Shown: positions 39,225 through 49,854, numbered from the stretch's first letter. The stretch: 64,000 nucleotides of DNA from Bradymonadales bacterium (GCA_041656175.1 JBBAEA010000002.1:3697-67696), one strand, 5' to 3'. Numbers and translations: made by a program. Notes: generated by a model from the sequence alone, not told the origin.

Positions 39225-40787
39225 TTATTGATTTAAAGAGTGCAACGCTTTTTTTGCCATATCGACGATTTCGATCGACTGTGATTCTTTGCTGTCTTCA
39301 TCGATGGCGGAAACTTCCAAAATTCCGTTGACATCGATTTTGAAGCTCACTTTGATTTTCGGGATCATACGTGGGGCTGGGCGGATGCCGCTCAACTCAA
39401 AGGCTCCCAAAAACGTGTTCTCCTCGCAGCGCTTACCCTCGCCTTGGTAAACCGATATGACGACGCTCGATTGATTGTCGCGGTTTGTGGTAAAATGGCG
39501 ATGCACGCGGTGAGGAACTTTAGTGTTTTTGGGGATTAGCGGTACAAAGACCGAGTTTGCCGCCTCGATCCCAAGGGTAAGCGGTGTGATATCGAGCAGC
39601 AGAAGATCGCTTTGTGGCGTAGCCAAGCTCATCGCCTGTATCGCAGCGCCAATACCGACCACCTCGTCTGGGTTCATGCTCGTGTTCAGCGGCTTTGAGA
39701 GCCACTTTTGCACCATTTCGCGAATGAGCGGCATACGCGTCATTCCGCCGACCATAATGAGCTCATCCAGATCCTTGATCCGTAGCCCCGCGTCGCGCAA
39801 CACGCGCTCGCAGATCCTTAAAGAGCGCTCCACGAGCGGCAAGCACAAGTTCTCGAAATGCGAGCGGTAAACGACTTCCGAAATTCCAAGATTCTCGTTG
39901 ATATTTGGCGATATTCGCGGCAGCTTGATTTCAGTGTGTTCGTTTTGAGATAGCTGAATTTTGGCGTATTCCGCCGCATCGACTATACGCTGCATCGCCA
40001 TCTGATCGAGCGAAAGATCGATGCCGTGCTCTGATTTGAAGTTCTTGATTAACCAATCGGCTAGTATTTGGTTAAAGTCGTTGCCACCAAGAAAAGTGTC
40101 GCCGCCAGTGCCAATGACGTTGAACAGCCCCTCGCTGATTTCGAGCACCGAAACGTCGAAGGTACCACCGCCAAAATCGTAAACCGCCACGCGCTGATTT
40201 TTCTCTGAGCCAAAGCCGTAAGCAAGCGCCGCGGCAGTGGGTTCATTGATGAGGCGCAGAACCTCTAAACCTGCGAGTTCCGCAGCCTCTTTGGTGGCGG
40301 TTCGCTGGACGTTATCAAAGTGCGCTGGTACCGAAATAACGGCTTGCTTAACCTCGCAGCCAAGGGCATACTCGGACATTCTTTTGACTTTTTTAAGTAC
40401 AGCGGCGCTTACTTCCACAGGGCTTATACGTTGCCCACCGATTTCACAAAGAGGCATGCCATCGGGATCCGCGACGACGCTGTAGCTGATATATGGCAAG
40501 GTTTTTTGTACGTTGTCGGAGGAGAATTTTTGCCCAAGTAAACGCTTGGACGAGTGTACCGAAAGGTAGGGTTGCGTCGCCATCTGCGCTTTTGCCAAGT
40601 GCCCCACGAAAAACCGCCCTTCGCGATTCAAGGACATCACCGAGGGCATGGTGGAGTGACCTGTCTCATCGAGTATTATTTGTACCGCGCCGCCCTTTAC
40701 GACGGCAGCGCAAGTGTTTGATGTACCTAAATCAATACCGAGTACGGGCATGCAACTCCTGTTTACTAACAAGGGGCTAAAATTCAA
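39225..40787 (-). CDS. Hsp70-family ATPase with shortened substrate-binding domain (DnaK/HscC-like paralogue)
   Basis: 520 aa. [31 protein letters not shown]. No long C-terminal lid or EEVD region. The start could be the internal Met at 40751. Confidence 0.75.
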   Translation of the reverse strand: MNFSPLLVNRSCMPVLGIDLGTSNTCAAVVKGGAVQIILDETGHSTMPSVMSLNREGRFFVGHLAKAQMATQPYLSVHSSKRLLGQKFSSDNVQKTLPYISYSVVADPDGMPLCEIGGQRISPVEVSAAVLKKVKRMSEYALGCEVKQAVISVPAHFDNVQRTATKEAAELAGLEVLRLINEPTAAALAYGFGSEKNQRVAVYDFGGGTFDVSVLEISEGLFNVIGTGGDTFLGGNDFNQILADWLIKNFKSEHGIDLSLDQMAMQRIVDAAEYAKIQLSQNEHTEIKLPRISPNINENLGISEVVYRSHFENLCLPLVERSLRICERVLRDAGLRIKDLDELIMVGGMTRMPLIREMVQKWLSKPLNTSMNPDEVVGIGAAIQAMSLATPQSDLLLLDITPLTLGIEAANSVFVPLIPKNTKVPHRVHRHFTTNRDNQSSVVISVYQGEGKRCEENTFLGAFELSGIRPAPRMIPKIKVSFKIDVNGILEVSAIDEDSKESQSIEIVDMAKKALHSLNQ

Positions 40788-40796
40788 AAACTAAAG

Positions 40797-41032
40797 CCTT
40801 TGCAAGGCTAGTAATAATGAATTTTATTTTATAAATTCTATACAGTTTAAAACAAAATGAGACATTTTGTAGAGAAGCATAAGTTAATAGTGCTAATCAT
40901 ATAAGACAGGTAGAAGATAGAATGACATTTTATTTGAAAATTGCTTAAAAGAGTGTTTTTTTTGGGGAGGGGGGGCGAGGGGAAGCTTTTTGCTTTTGCA
41001 AAAAGAAAAAAGCTTCCCCCCGCGCAAAGCTC
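40797..41032 (+). repeat. Family-3 TIR element, copy 3b
   Basis: CCTTTGCAAGGCTAG...ACAAAATGAGACATTTTGTAGAGAA...GCTTAAAAGAGTG...GGAAGCTTTTTGCTTTTGCAAAAAGAAAAAAGCTTCC...GCGCAAAGCTC. Confidence 0.7.
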
Positions 41033-41092
41033 AAAAACTGGCAATTTCCCAAAAAACGACTGTGCGCCTTAAAACTCTACAGCGCAAAACGC

Positions 41093-42526
41093 CTATTTTT
41101 TAAAGAGTTTGTCAAAAAGACCGCCCTTCTTAGGCGTCGGATTTTCTACGGGAATATTGCCCAAAGAGCGCACATTCTGCCGTTTTGGGAGCTCTGCATC
41201 GTTTAATTTGATATCATCCAAAAACGAGCGACGCTGCGTTTCTGGCGCATCCTTCGTTGACAAGGCGGCTTGAAGTTGAATTTTGGGCGACTCGCGACTT
41301 TCAGCGCTGTCTTTCGCCTGCGTTCCCTCGCCTGCCAGCAACGCGGCATCAGGCTCTGCCTCTTCTACTTCACGCTCTTTCGGCTCAGCGCTTACGCTGT
41401 CCTCGATTTTTCCCAATAGTTCCGAGATGCTTTCGCGCGTTTCAGTTTGCTCGGGTGTCGGCTGCACAGAATCTTGCTCTTGCTTATCCTCATCGCGTTG
41501 CATCTGCTGCAGGAGTTCTTGCATTTGTTGAGAGCTGTCATCCTCTCCACCATGCGAGGGGTCCACCATTCCAAGTAGCGTTGGTTCTTGAGCTATATCG
41601 AGTTCCGCCGAATCGCTAAGCCCTAACAAGGAAACACCCCTCACTTCCTCCGAAACACGCTTCACGCTGAGCAACGACTCGCTAGTTTCGTCCTCCCCTA
41701 GGAGTTGGTCACTGTTGGGGTCAATATTCGGCGCTGCCAACACAGCCGCCGCGGGTTCGTCATCATCGTTTATCACCGCACTCTCAATATCCGAGCGCAA
41801 TTCCTCGTTCGCACTCACAAGTGCCGCCAAATAGTCTTTGCTCGCGTTTGCCTCAAGATCCCGCGGTTCTTCATAAACCCCGCTTACCTCAAAGCCAGCC
41901 CCCACGCCAAGATTCTCGCCGCTGGAGCGCGTCGCCGATAGCTCTGGCGCAGCCAGCCCCACACCAGCGAACAAATCATCTAGACCCGCGTCAATATCGG
42001 TCTCACCGAAGAGATCAAAACCCAAAGAATCGCCAGCCTTCGCCTCTACAATGTGCAACTTAGGTTTATCCTGCGTCGCTTCAGAAGCCGCAGTATCAGT
42101 CGCTTGGGAGGAGGATTGCGCCGTTTCAGTCGCCTCGGCAGCCTCCATCGCTGGCGGTGTCGAGTCGCGCTCTGTTAAACCGCCGCGCTGCTTATGCTCC
42201 TGGATTTCCTTGGCCTTTAAGACCGCATCGACCACTTCCTTAAAGGGCCGATTAATCCGATTAAGCGAGAGTAGCATCCCCGACATCTGCGAAGACGGCC
42301 CCCCCACAAACGGAATCTCCTTGCGCACGACGCCCTCGCCGATATACACCTGCGAATCATCGGCGAGTCGGAACTCAAAATGCACCTCGGTTCCAATGGG
42401 TCGCGTCGAACGCGTACGGATAAACAGCCCAGCACGACTAATCAGCGGCGCAATTCCCTCAATAAACGCCTCCTGCGTCGTATACTTAAGTGTCGCCTTA
42501 ATCATCGCAATACGGTTCGCATCCAC
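41093..42526 (-). CDS. PilZ-like domain protein with long acidic low-complexity C-terminal region
   Basis: 477 aa. N-terminal ISRAGLFIRT...LADDSQVYIGEGVV resembles myxobacterial PilZ/TIGR02266-type domains. The rest is a D/E/S/A-rich disordered region. Confidence 0.45.
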   Translation of the reverse strand: MDANRIAMIKATLKYTTQEAFIEGIAPLISRAGLFIRTRSTRPIGTEVHFEFRLADDSQVYIGEGVVRKEIPFVGGPSSQMSGMLLSLNRINRPFKEVVDAVLKAKEIQEHKQRGGLTERDSTPPAMEAAEATETAQSSSQATDTAASEATQDKPKLHIVEAKAGDSLGFDLFGETDIDAGLDDLFAGVGLAAPELSATRSSGENLGVGAGFEVSGVYEEPRDLEANASKDYLAALVSANEELRSDIESAVINDDDEPAAAVLAAPNIDPNSDQLLGEDETSESLLSVKRVSEEVRGVSLLGLSDSAELDIAQEPTLLGMVDPSHGGEDDSSQQMQELLQQMQRDEDKQEQDSVQPTPEQTETRESISELLGKIEDSVSAEPKEREVEEAEPDAALLAGEGTQAKDSAESRESPKIQLQAALSTKDAPETQRRSFLDDIKLNDAELPKRQNVRSLGNIPVENPTPKKGGLFDKLFKK

Positions 42527-42635
42527 TGTTCACCTCACAAAATAGCATTGCCCCCGCGTCCACGCATATTTATAGCACATTCCTTTGCTCAAGCAATATT
42601 ATGTAGCTTTTGGCATTTAAAAGCCTTTTCTTTTT

Positions 42636-42781
42636 TTGTGGGGGAGCGCCCCCTACGCGCGGGCTTCCTCGTAAATATCACAATTCGCGCCTTATTTTGT
42701 GCGCTGTATCGGCTATTCGCCAACCCAGCGCACAAAATGCGCTCATGGTGCTATTTCCTCGGCGATCCCGCGCTACCCCCC
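42636..42781 (+). repeat. Family-1 structured element, copy 1g
   Basis: TTTGTGGGGGAGCGCCCCCTACGCGCGGGCTTCCTCG...GGCGATCCCGCGCTACCCCCC. Followed by TTAAGGAAACTCTGATATATG and an inverted family-4 terminal fragment at 42803-42835. Confidence 0.8.
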
Positions 42782-42902
42782 TGCGCCCTTAAGGAAACTC
42801 TGATATATGGGGGCTACCGCCCAAAACCCCGCTTCGTTTTGTGGGGCGCTGCTAAGGCTATCGCCCTTAGAACCCTTTTTTTGTGTAGCGTCTTGAATTT
42901 CT

Positions 42903-45041
42903 CTAGCTCATCAAAACGCGAACAGAATCGGCTTCCACGGTTATTCTTAGCCCTTTCTCGCTGTGCGCTTCATCGATGTCGACGAAGTCCTGTGGAGAGT
43001 CGAGTGCGGTGTTAATGATGCTCTTCCACGTCCTGCGAGGAATCTCGAAAGACAGTGGCTCTCGCCACGCATTCATGGCGATATAGAAACGATGCTCTCG
43101 CGGGCCAGCCAATAGTTCGCATGCTAGGCTGTGGGAGTGCGCGCTCCAATCGGGTTTGCCCATCGAAACGCCATGCCAAATAATACCAGCTTGTGTTCTC
43201 AGAGCCGTTTGCGTAGCGACAAAGGGATCGGCGAATTCAGTACGCTTTAGCGCTGGATGTTTTGCGCGAAGCTTGATAAGCAGTCGCATAAAACGCAGCA
43301 TTTCTTCGCCATTTTCGTTGTATGTCCAGTCTATCCAGCCTACAGGGTTATCTTGGCAGAACGCGTTGTTGTTGCCGCCTTGACTTCGCCAATACTCATC
43401 ACCGCCCAAGATCATCGGCGTTCCCCGTGAGATGAAAAGCGTGGTTAACAAATTTTTTGCGCGCTGCTTTCGGCGGCGCTCTAGCGCTTCATCCCCTGGC
43501 CCCTCAACGCCCATATTATCGCTAAAGTTTTGCTCCGAGCCATCACGATTTTGCTCTCCATTACGTTCGTTGTGCTTTTTATTGTAGGAGCAAAGGTCTC
43601 GCAGGGTAAAACCGTCGTGAGCCGTTACAAAGTTTACACTTTGGGATGCATTTTGTTTTGTGCCAAATAAGTCACGGCTACCACCAATACGTAGAGCCAA
43701 GTCCTTTACCGTGTCGTTATCGGAACGCCAAAATCGGCGCAAATCATCGCGAAAGCGCCCATTCCACTCTGCCCAGTCCACTGGGAAACGCCCGACTTTG
43801 TACATGCCAGCGGCGTCCCAAGATTCGGCAATGAGCTTGCAGCCTCGTAAGATCGGGTCGGCTGCAATATCGTTGAGTAAACCAAGTTGAGGATCCGAAA
43901 TCCACTCCCCTTCGTGGGAGCGCCCCAAAATAGTAGCTAGGTCAAAACGAAAACCGTCTACTCGCATCTCGACTAGCCAAAATCGTAGGCAATCAATGAT
44001 AAGCTGTTTCATAACGGGATGGTTACAATTCATGGTATTGCCGCAACCCGTATAGTTCTCGTATCGCTTGTTCTTATCAAGCATGTAATAAACGGAGTTA
44101 TCTAGCCCGCGGTACGCGATGGTAGGACCGTGTTCGTTTCCTTCTCCCGAATGATTAAAGACGACGTCAAGAATGACTTCGATTTTTGCTTCGTGAAAAC
44201 GCTGTACCATTTCGCGAAATTCACGCGGACCCTGTGTAGGATCGGGATCTGACACGTAACTGTGGTGCGGGGCAAAAAAGCCGATAGTCGCATAGCCCCA
44301 GTAGTTGCGGTTGCGCTCACCAGTGACAGGGTCGACCAAATTTGGCGGTTCCCATTCGTTAAACTGTGCAACAGGCAAAAGTTCGATGGCTGTAATGCCA
44401 AGCGACTTTAAATGCGGGATTCGATCGCAAAGCCCCGCAAATGTTCCAGGCAACTTTGATAACGACGAAGGATGTGCCGTCATTCCCTTCACATGGCACT
44501 CGTAAATAACCGAGTCCTCCAAGCTATGTTTAGGTCTAGCGGTTTCCCCCCATGCAAACGAAAGCGGTTTCAAGGCTATGGACTTTGCGGTAACGCCCGC
44601 GCTCCAATACGGTGAAAATGAGCGTTCTCGCAGGGAGGAATCGCGATCGTAGCCATAAATCGCGTCCGAAAATACATTGTAGCGTCCGACGTATGCGCGA
44701 GAATAAGGGTCGGCCAACAATTTATTGACGTTAAATCGATGTCCGTGCCGTGGCATATACGGCCCGTCTAGACGAATGCCGTATAACTGACCCGCCCGAA
44801 CGCCTTCGACAAAAATATGCCAAATATCTCCAGTTCTATGAAGATCTGAGTCTAGGACATGCGTCCTATATGGCATCTCATCTTCGGCGTTGCGAAACAA
44901 GTCTATGTATGCAGCCGTTGCATTACGCGAGTAAAACGCAAAGTTAACTCCCTCATCGCTCACCGTTGCGCCGAAGGGTAAGGGGTGTCCTATCGATCTA
45001 TACATCGCGTGCTTTCCAAGTACGCCGGCTGCTAAAAGCAA
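42903..45041 (-). CDS. glgX: Glycogen debranching enzyme (isoamylase, GH13)
   Basis: 712 aa. N-terminal CBM48 region (GATVSDEGVNFAFYS). GH13 catalytic regions (GFRFDLA, ..VTAHDGFTLRD..). Confidence 0.85.
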   Translation of the reverse strand: MLLAAGVLGKHAMYRSIGHPLPFGATVSDEGVNFAFYSRNATAAYIDLFRNAEDEMPYRTHVLDSDLHRTGDIWHIFVEGVRAGQLYGIRLDGPYMPRHGHRFNVNKLLADPYSRAYVGRYNVFSDAIYGYDRDSSLRERSFSPYWSAGVTAKSIALKPLSFAWGETARPKHSLEDSVIYECHVKGMTAHPSSLSKLPGTFAGLCDRIPHLKSLGITAIELLPVAQFNEWEPPNLVDPVTGERNRNYWGYATIGFFAPHHSYVSDPDPTQGPREFREMVQRFHEAKIEVILDVVFNHSGEGNEHGPTIAYRGLDNSVYYMLDKNKRYENYTGCGNTMNCNHPVMKQLIIDCLRFWLVEMRVDGFRFDLATILGRSHEGEWISDPQLGLLNDIAADPILRGCKLIAESWDAAGMYKVGRFPVDWAEWNGRFRDDLRRFWRSDNDTVKDLALRIGGSRDLFGTKQNASQSVNFVTAHDGFTLRDLCSYNKKHNERNGEQNRDGSEQNFSDNMGVEGPGDEALERRRKQRAKNLLTTLFISRGTPMILGGDEYWRSQGGNNNAFCQDNPVGWIDWTYNENGEEMLRFMRLLIKLRAKHPALKRTEFADPFVATQTALRTQAGIIWHGVSMGKPDWSAHSHSLACELLAGPREHRFYIAMNAWREPLSFEIPRRTWKSIINTALDSPQDFVDIDEAHSEKGLRITVEADSVRVLMS

Positions 45042-45044
45042 AAG

Positions 45045-45117
45045 TGGCTAGGGACGGAATTGAACCGCCGACACGAGGATTTTCAGTCCTCTGCTCTACC
45101 TACTGAGCTACCTAGCC
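45045..45117 (-). tRNA. tRNA-Phe (anticodon GAA), copy 1
   Basis: Reverse complement reads GGCTAGG-TA-GCTCAGTAGGTAGAGC-A-GAGGA-CTGAAAA-TCCTC-GTGTC-GGCGG-TTCAATT-CCGTC-CCTAGCC-A. Confidence 0.85.
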
Positions 45118-45132
45118 CTAGGGCGAAACAAA

Positions 45133-45205
45133 TGGCTAGGGACGGAATTGAACCGCCGACACGAGGATTTTCAGTCCTCTGCTCTACCTACTGAGCTACC
45201 TAGCC
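45133..45205 (-). tRNA. tRNA-Phe (anticodon GAA), copy 2
   Basis: Identical 73-nt sequence 88 bp downstream of copy 1. Confidence 0.85.
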
Positions 45206-45351
45206 ACAAAACGCTCTCACAATAAAGAGCGCAGCCACTTACTACGCGAAGTCAGCACGCGTGTCAAGGAATTTCATTTCTCACTGAAAAGTATGAAGAA
45301 CTTATACCTAAGTCGTAAAATTATCCCGTATTTGGCTGTTCTTAAACGCTA

Positions 45352-45430
45352 TAAGGAGACTCTGATGATTGCAAAATTAGTAGGGGCAGGTTTCAAACCT
45401 GCCCTTGATTAAAACAACGAAAGTCAGCTG
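45352..45430 (+). repeat. Family-4 element, 5' part only (copy 4c). The hairpin likely serves as terminator for the ALDH gene
   Basis: ATAAGGAGACTCTGATGATTGCAAAATTAGTAGGGGCAGGTTTCAAACCTGCCCTTGATTAAAACAACGAAAGTCAG. Confidence 0.6.
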
Positions 45431-45441
45431 CAAGAGCAAAG

Positions 45442-46821
45442 CTAAATAATGCGCTTCATCCACTTTAACCATCCCTTTTGGTAGGGGGGATAGCGCAAAG
45501 ATAGATCCATTTTTGTGGAGTTGTGCAGTACCGCCTTGAGGTGACTAAAACCGTCAAAGCTGTACTTTCCGTGGCTAAGCCCCATACCGCTGTTGCCTAC
45601 ACCGCCAAAGGGCAAATTGATGTTGGCAAGATGCATCAAGGAGTCGTTAATGCACATGCCGCCAGTACTCAGTGTTTGCACCATGCGTTTTCGTAAGTCT
45701 TTGTTTTTACTATACAAATAAGATGCTAATGGCTCTGGGTTCTTCGCAATTTCAGCAAAAATCTCATCTTCACTCGAAACGCTGAATATAGGCAATATGG
45801 GGCCAAAAATCTCGTCTGTACGCAAACGGGAGTCGGGCACAATATTGTCAAGCACAGTAGGTGCGATGTAACGGCAGTGCTCGTCGGCTTGCCCACCGAT
45901 GACGATATCGCCGTCCCCAAGCATGTCATGAAGTCTATCGAAATGCCGTTCATTAATGATGCGCGCATAGTCCGCAGATTCTTCGGGGTTCTCGCCGTAA
46001 AGCGCTACGATTTGTCGGCGTATAGCATCGAGTAACGCATGATGTTCGCTTTTTTTGACCAGCACATAGTCGGGCGCAATGCAAGTTTGGCCAGCGTTGG
46101 TAAATTTAGCCCACACAATACGTCTAGCGCTCACCTCCATATCGGCGCAGTCCCAAACGACGCAGGGCGATTTACCACCGAGTTCCAAAGTACAAGGCGT
46201 GAGATGCTCTGCGGCTGCTCGCGCGATGTGTTTAGCCGTTGCCGTGCTACCCGTAAAAAAGATGTAGTCAAAGCGCTCTTTAAGCAGTTCTTGGGTTTCC
46301 TCGGGTCCACCCTCTACGATGGCAAAGCAACGCGGGTCGAGGTATTTTGGCAAAGTTTCGACTAAAAGTTGGCTAACATTCGGTGCAAATTCGGAGGGTT
46401 TAAGCACAAAAGTGTTACCCGCTGCGACTGCCGATAATATGGGGCCAAGCGTAAGCAAAAGGGGGTAGTTCCACGGGCTTATAACGAGTACCACGCCTCG
46501 CGGAATGGGCTGTACATAGGATTTGGCTAAAAAAACGGGCAAAGGCGAGCTTGTTTTACGCGGCTTCATCCATGATTTAAGGCGCTTAAGGGCGTGGTCG
46601 AGTTCCATACGCACAAAACCAATCTCTGAGAGCCAAGCCTCGTTATAGGGTTTTCGCAAGTCACCCATCAAGGCGCTTGCCATAGCTTCCTCTTCTTTTT
46701 CGATCATTTCGCGCAAGGCCAAGAGCTGCGAGCGGCGCCATTCGTAGCTTAGCGTATGGCCAGCTTCAAAATAGTCGCGTAAATTTTTTACTTTCTCTTT
46801 ACTATTCATCGTATTTCTCAA
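45442..46821 (-). CDS. NAD(P)-dependent aldehyde dehydrogenase (class-3-like)
   Basis: 459 aa. ELGGKSPCVV catalytic region. EEIFGPILPIF. TGSTATAKHI. Confidence 0.85.
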   Translation of the reverse strand: MRNTMNSKEKVKNLRDYFEAGHTLSYEWRRSQLLALREMIEKEEEAMASALMGDLRKPYNEAWLSEIGFVRMELDHALKRLKSWMKPRKTSSPLPVFLAKSYVQPIPRGVVLVISPWNYPLLLTLGPILSAVAAGNTFVLKPSEFAPNVSQLLVETLPKYLDPRCFAIVEGGPEETQELLKERFDYIFFTGSTATAKHIARAAAEHLTPCTLELGGKSPCVVWDCADMEVSARRIVWAKFTNAGQTCIAPDYVLVKKSEHHALLDAIRRQIVALYGENPEESADYARIINERHFDRLHDMLGDGDIVIGGQADEHCRYIAPTVLDNIVPDSRLRTDEIFGPILPIFSVSSEDEIFAEIAKNPEPLASYLYSKNKDLRKRMVQTLSTGGMCINDSLMHLANINLPFGGVGNSGMGLSHGKYSFDGFSHLKAVLHNSTKMDLSLRYPPYQKGWLKWMKRII

Positions 46822-47755
46822 AAACCGCAGATTCCTGCAGACGATAGCCGTTTACAAAACTGTTAGCGTCCATCCACGCTTTGCCCTCGGGTTTCAAGGC
46901 GCGCACGCCCAAAACGCCGTTTTGGCATGCAATGCGGATAGCGCGCTGCTCTTTATCGTAGCCTAAAAAGCTGCCGGCTGCAGCATTGTGCACATAGTCT
47001 TCGCTGTAAACCTCAGATAGTGTAAGGCGTTTGCCGCCAAAGCGCACAAAAGCCGATGGCCAGGGTGAAAGACCTCGTATGGTACAGGATATTTGTCTTG
47101 CGTCTTGCAAAAAATGGATGGCGCCCATTTGCTTTGTGAGCATTGGCGCAACGCTAGGCTCGCCGCGTTGTGGCTCTGCTTCGAGTTTTCCCTCGGCGAT
47201 TTCGGCGATATGATCGACTAAAATCTGCGCCGACAACACACTGAGTTTGTCATGCATGCTTTGTGCCGTGTCGTTATCAGCGATGGGGAGGCTTCGCCTT
47301 GCATACACAGGTCCCGTGTCCATTCCCGCGTCCATGCGCATAAGGCAAACCCCAGTTTCGTGCTCGCCGTTGATGATGCTCCATGCGATGGGGGCGGCGC
47401 CGCGGTATTTGGGCAACAACGAAGCATGCAGGTTGAGCGGCGCAATTTTAGGTATGGCCAAAAAACTGGGACGCAGAATTTTGCCATACGCAATGGTTAC
47501 AAAAAAATCTGGCGCCAGATCGCTAAGAGCTTCGCGCATTTCTGCTGTATTGAGTTTTACGGGGCTATAGACCTGTAAACCGCGTTCTAGCGCCGCCGCC
47601 TTCACGGCGCAAGCCTTCATGCGACGCCCACGCCCTTGCTCCTTATCGGCCTGAGTAACAACGGCTCGCAGATCTATGCGCTCATCATCGCAGAGGCGCT
47701 CTAGCGTTGGCAATGCGTACTCGGGGCTGCCCATAAAAACTACTGAATATCGCAT
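46802..47755 (-). CDS. fmt: Methionyl-tRNA formyltransferase
   Basis: 317 aa. MRYSVVFMGSPEYALPTLERL.. N-terminus. NLHASLLPKYRGAAPI formyltransferase core. Confidence 0.85.
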   Translation of the reverse strand: MRYSVVFMGSPEYALPTLERLCDDERIDLRAVVTQADKEQGRGRRMKACAVKAAALERGLQVYSPVKLNTAEMREALSDLAPDFFVTIAYGKILRPSFLAIPKIAPLNLHASLLPKYRGAAPIAWSIINGEHETGVCLMRMDAGMDTGPVYARRSLPIADNDTAQSMHDKLSVLSAQILVDHIAEIAEGKLEAEPQRGEPSVAPMLTKQMGAIHFLQDARQISCTIRGLSPWPSAFVRFGGKRLTLSEVYSEDYVHNAAAGSFLGYDKEQRAIRIACQNGVLGVRALKPEGKAWMDANSFVNGYRLQESAVFEKYDE

Positions 47756-47865
47756 CTAAACCATTGTCTCCTTGTGTTTGATTTCGGCGTTTTGTGCGGC
47801 AAAACTCTTGAGTTAACGCGCTTTATTCGGCATTTATTGAAAAAACACTTCCTTTTGCGTTGCTC

Positions 47866-49854
47866 TTACATTACTTCTAAACACTCTATACCAAGAAGCG
47901 TTAATCCGTTTCGCAAAACGCTACCGCAGGCATCTACAAGTCGCAGTCGAGCTTCGCGAAGTTCGGCGTCTTCGCAAGTGAGTATGGGGTGTCCCGCCCT
48001 ATCGGTAAAGATGAAGGCAAAGCCCTTACAAAGGTTAAAGAGGTATTCCGCAAGTTTTGAGGGGTCCCGCGCGTCGCACGCCCACTGCAGTGCAGCTTTA
48101 TACTGCGCAAGTTGCAGCAGGATTTTTCGCTCTTGCGGCGACTTGAGGGAAGCCAAAACATCTTTTGAAAAGCCTTCGTCAGCTTCGTACTTAGCTTTTC
48201 GTAAAATCGAGCGCGTTCTTGCGTAGTTCATGAGGCAATATGCACCCGTGCGACCTTGCAGATCGATGGATTTTTCGGGGTTAAATTCCATCCAAGAGCT
48301 CGGAGTAACGTCCAGTAAATAATAGCGAATAGCGGCTAGTGCGATGACTTGGGCGCGTCTCTCCAACTCGGCTTCGTCGGCGTCAACGTAGTATTCACGA
48401 TCCGATTTCTCGTCCATCAGTGCTTTGACCATTTCTTTGATCTCTACAATCAGGTTGTCGGTATCAACCACGGTGCCCTCACGACTCTTCATTCTACCCG
48501 TAGGTAGCGTCACCATGCCGTAGGAGAGGTGCTCAAAGCGGTCTTTAAGATCTTCGCGTAGGTCTTCTAAAATTCCAAATAAAACCCTAAAATGATGGTT
48601 TTGTTCGTCAGCAACCACATAAATCATGTGATCATACGAAAATTCGTCAAATCTGGCTAATGCTGTGCCGATGTCTTGAGTCATGTATACGGTAGTACCG
48701 TTAGCCCGAAGCAGGATTTTGTCGCCTTCTAGTTTCATGCGGCTAAGGTCGTAGGCGACAGCATTATCGGGCAGTTGGTGAAAGATCTTTCGCTCCAAGC
48801 CGTCCAGTACGATGTCTTTGCCCAGTTTGTAGGTTTCACTTTCGTAGTAAATTTTATCAAAGCCTAGGCCGAGTACATCGTAAGTTTGCATAAAGCCACT
48901 GATAACCCAATCGTTAAGTTGTTTGGATAATCGGCGTACTTCGGGGTCGCCTTCTTCCCACTTTACGAGTAGTTCAGTGGCGCGTCGTCCTAGTTCGCTT
49001 TCTGTGTTGAAGTACTTGTCTTTGTAGTTCGCTTTAAAGCTGTCGCGCAAGTCGGCGGGGGCTTTGCCTTTGCGCTTATTTTCGGCTTTTTGGTAGTAGG
49101 CATCATATTGTTTCTTAGCGCGTTGAGCGTCTGGTCCTTCTAGCCACGCGTCGTAGGCTTTGGCACCGCTTTCGGAGGCTAGCCATGCGTCGTATTCTGC
49201 TTGAAACTCTTGCTCAAAGCGTACGTAGTAATCGCCGATAAAGTGGTCCCCCTTGGTATGGGTGCTCTCGGGGGTTGCGTCGTTTGCGAAGCGTTGGTAG
49301 CTCAAAATCGATTTACAGATGTGTATACCGCGATCATTAATGATGTTAACGCGTTTTACATCGTAGCCGCAAGCACTGAGTATGCGTGAGACGGACTCGC
49401 CGATGACGTTATTGCGCAAGTGACCCAAGTGCTGAGGTTTGTTAGTGTTGGGGCCAGAAAACTCGACAACTACGCGTTCGTTATTGGCCGCTTTCGTGCC
49501 ATAACAGTCTTTAGCCTCGAGTATTTCGCCCACAACGGCTTTAGACAATAAGTCGGTTCTGTACTGCATATTGACGTAGGGGCCAGCGGATTCTACCCAG
49601 TCTAAGTACGGAGAGTCAGATAGCATTTGTGCAAGTTTCGCGGCGATGGCGACGGGGTTATTCTTCTCTTTTGGCTCTAAGTTTTGCAGTTTCCCGCGCA
49701 AGCAAAAGCATGCAAAAGCTACGTCTCCTTCGGAGGTGTCTGGTACAGGGGAGAGCGAAAGATTTTGTGCGAGCTCTTGGGGCGCGCCTAAGGAAAGGGT
49801 TGCCGCGCTTAACGCGGACATTAATTCTGATTGGAGGGCGTCGAAGCTGTGCAT
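47866..49854 (-). CDS. argS: Arginine--tRNA ligase (long form)
   Basis: 662 aa. Class-I HIGH-region NKPQHLGHLRN. C-terminal DALS anticodon-binding domain, with insertions. Confidence 0.8.
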   Translation of the reverse strand: MHSFDALQSELMSALSAATLSLGAPQELAQNLSLSPVPDTSEGDVAFACFCLRGKLQNLEPKEKNNPVAIAAKLAQMLSDSPYLDWVESAGPYVNMQYRTDLLSKAVVGEILEAKDCYGTKAANNERVVVEFSGPNTNKPQHLGHLRNNVIGESVSRILSACGYDVKRVNIINDRGIHICKSILSYQRFANDATPESTHTKGDHFIGDYYVRFEQEFQAEYDAWLASESGAKAYDAWLEGPDAQRAKKQYDAYYQKAENKRKGKAPADLRDSFKANYKDKYFNTESELGRRATELLVKWEEGDPEVRRLSKQLNDWVISGFMQTYDVLGLGFDKIYYESETYKLGKDIVLDGLERKIFHQLPDNAVAYDLSRMKLEGDKILLRANGTTVYMTQDIGTALARFDEFSYDHMIYVVADEQNHHFRVLFGILEDLREDLKDRFEHLSYGMVTLPTGRMKSREGTVVDTDNLIVEIKEMVKALMDEKSDREYYVDADEAELERRAQVIALAAIRYYLLDVTPSSWMEFNPEKSIDLQGRTGAYCLMNYARTRSILRKAKYEADEGFSKDVLASLKSPQERKILLQLAQYKAALQWACDARDPSKLAEYLFNLCKGFAFIFTDRAGHPILTCEDAELREARLRLVDACGSVLRNGLTLLGIECLEVM

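Noticed and set aside
45206-45350. Possible small hairpin (GCTCTC..AGAGC) downstream of the tRNA-Phe pair as a terminator
   Set aside because: Stem only 5-6 bp with no adjacent T-run. Too weak to report.
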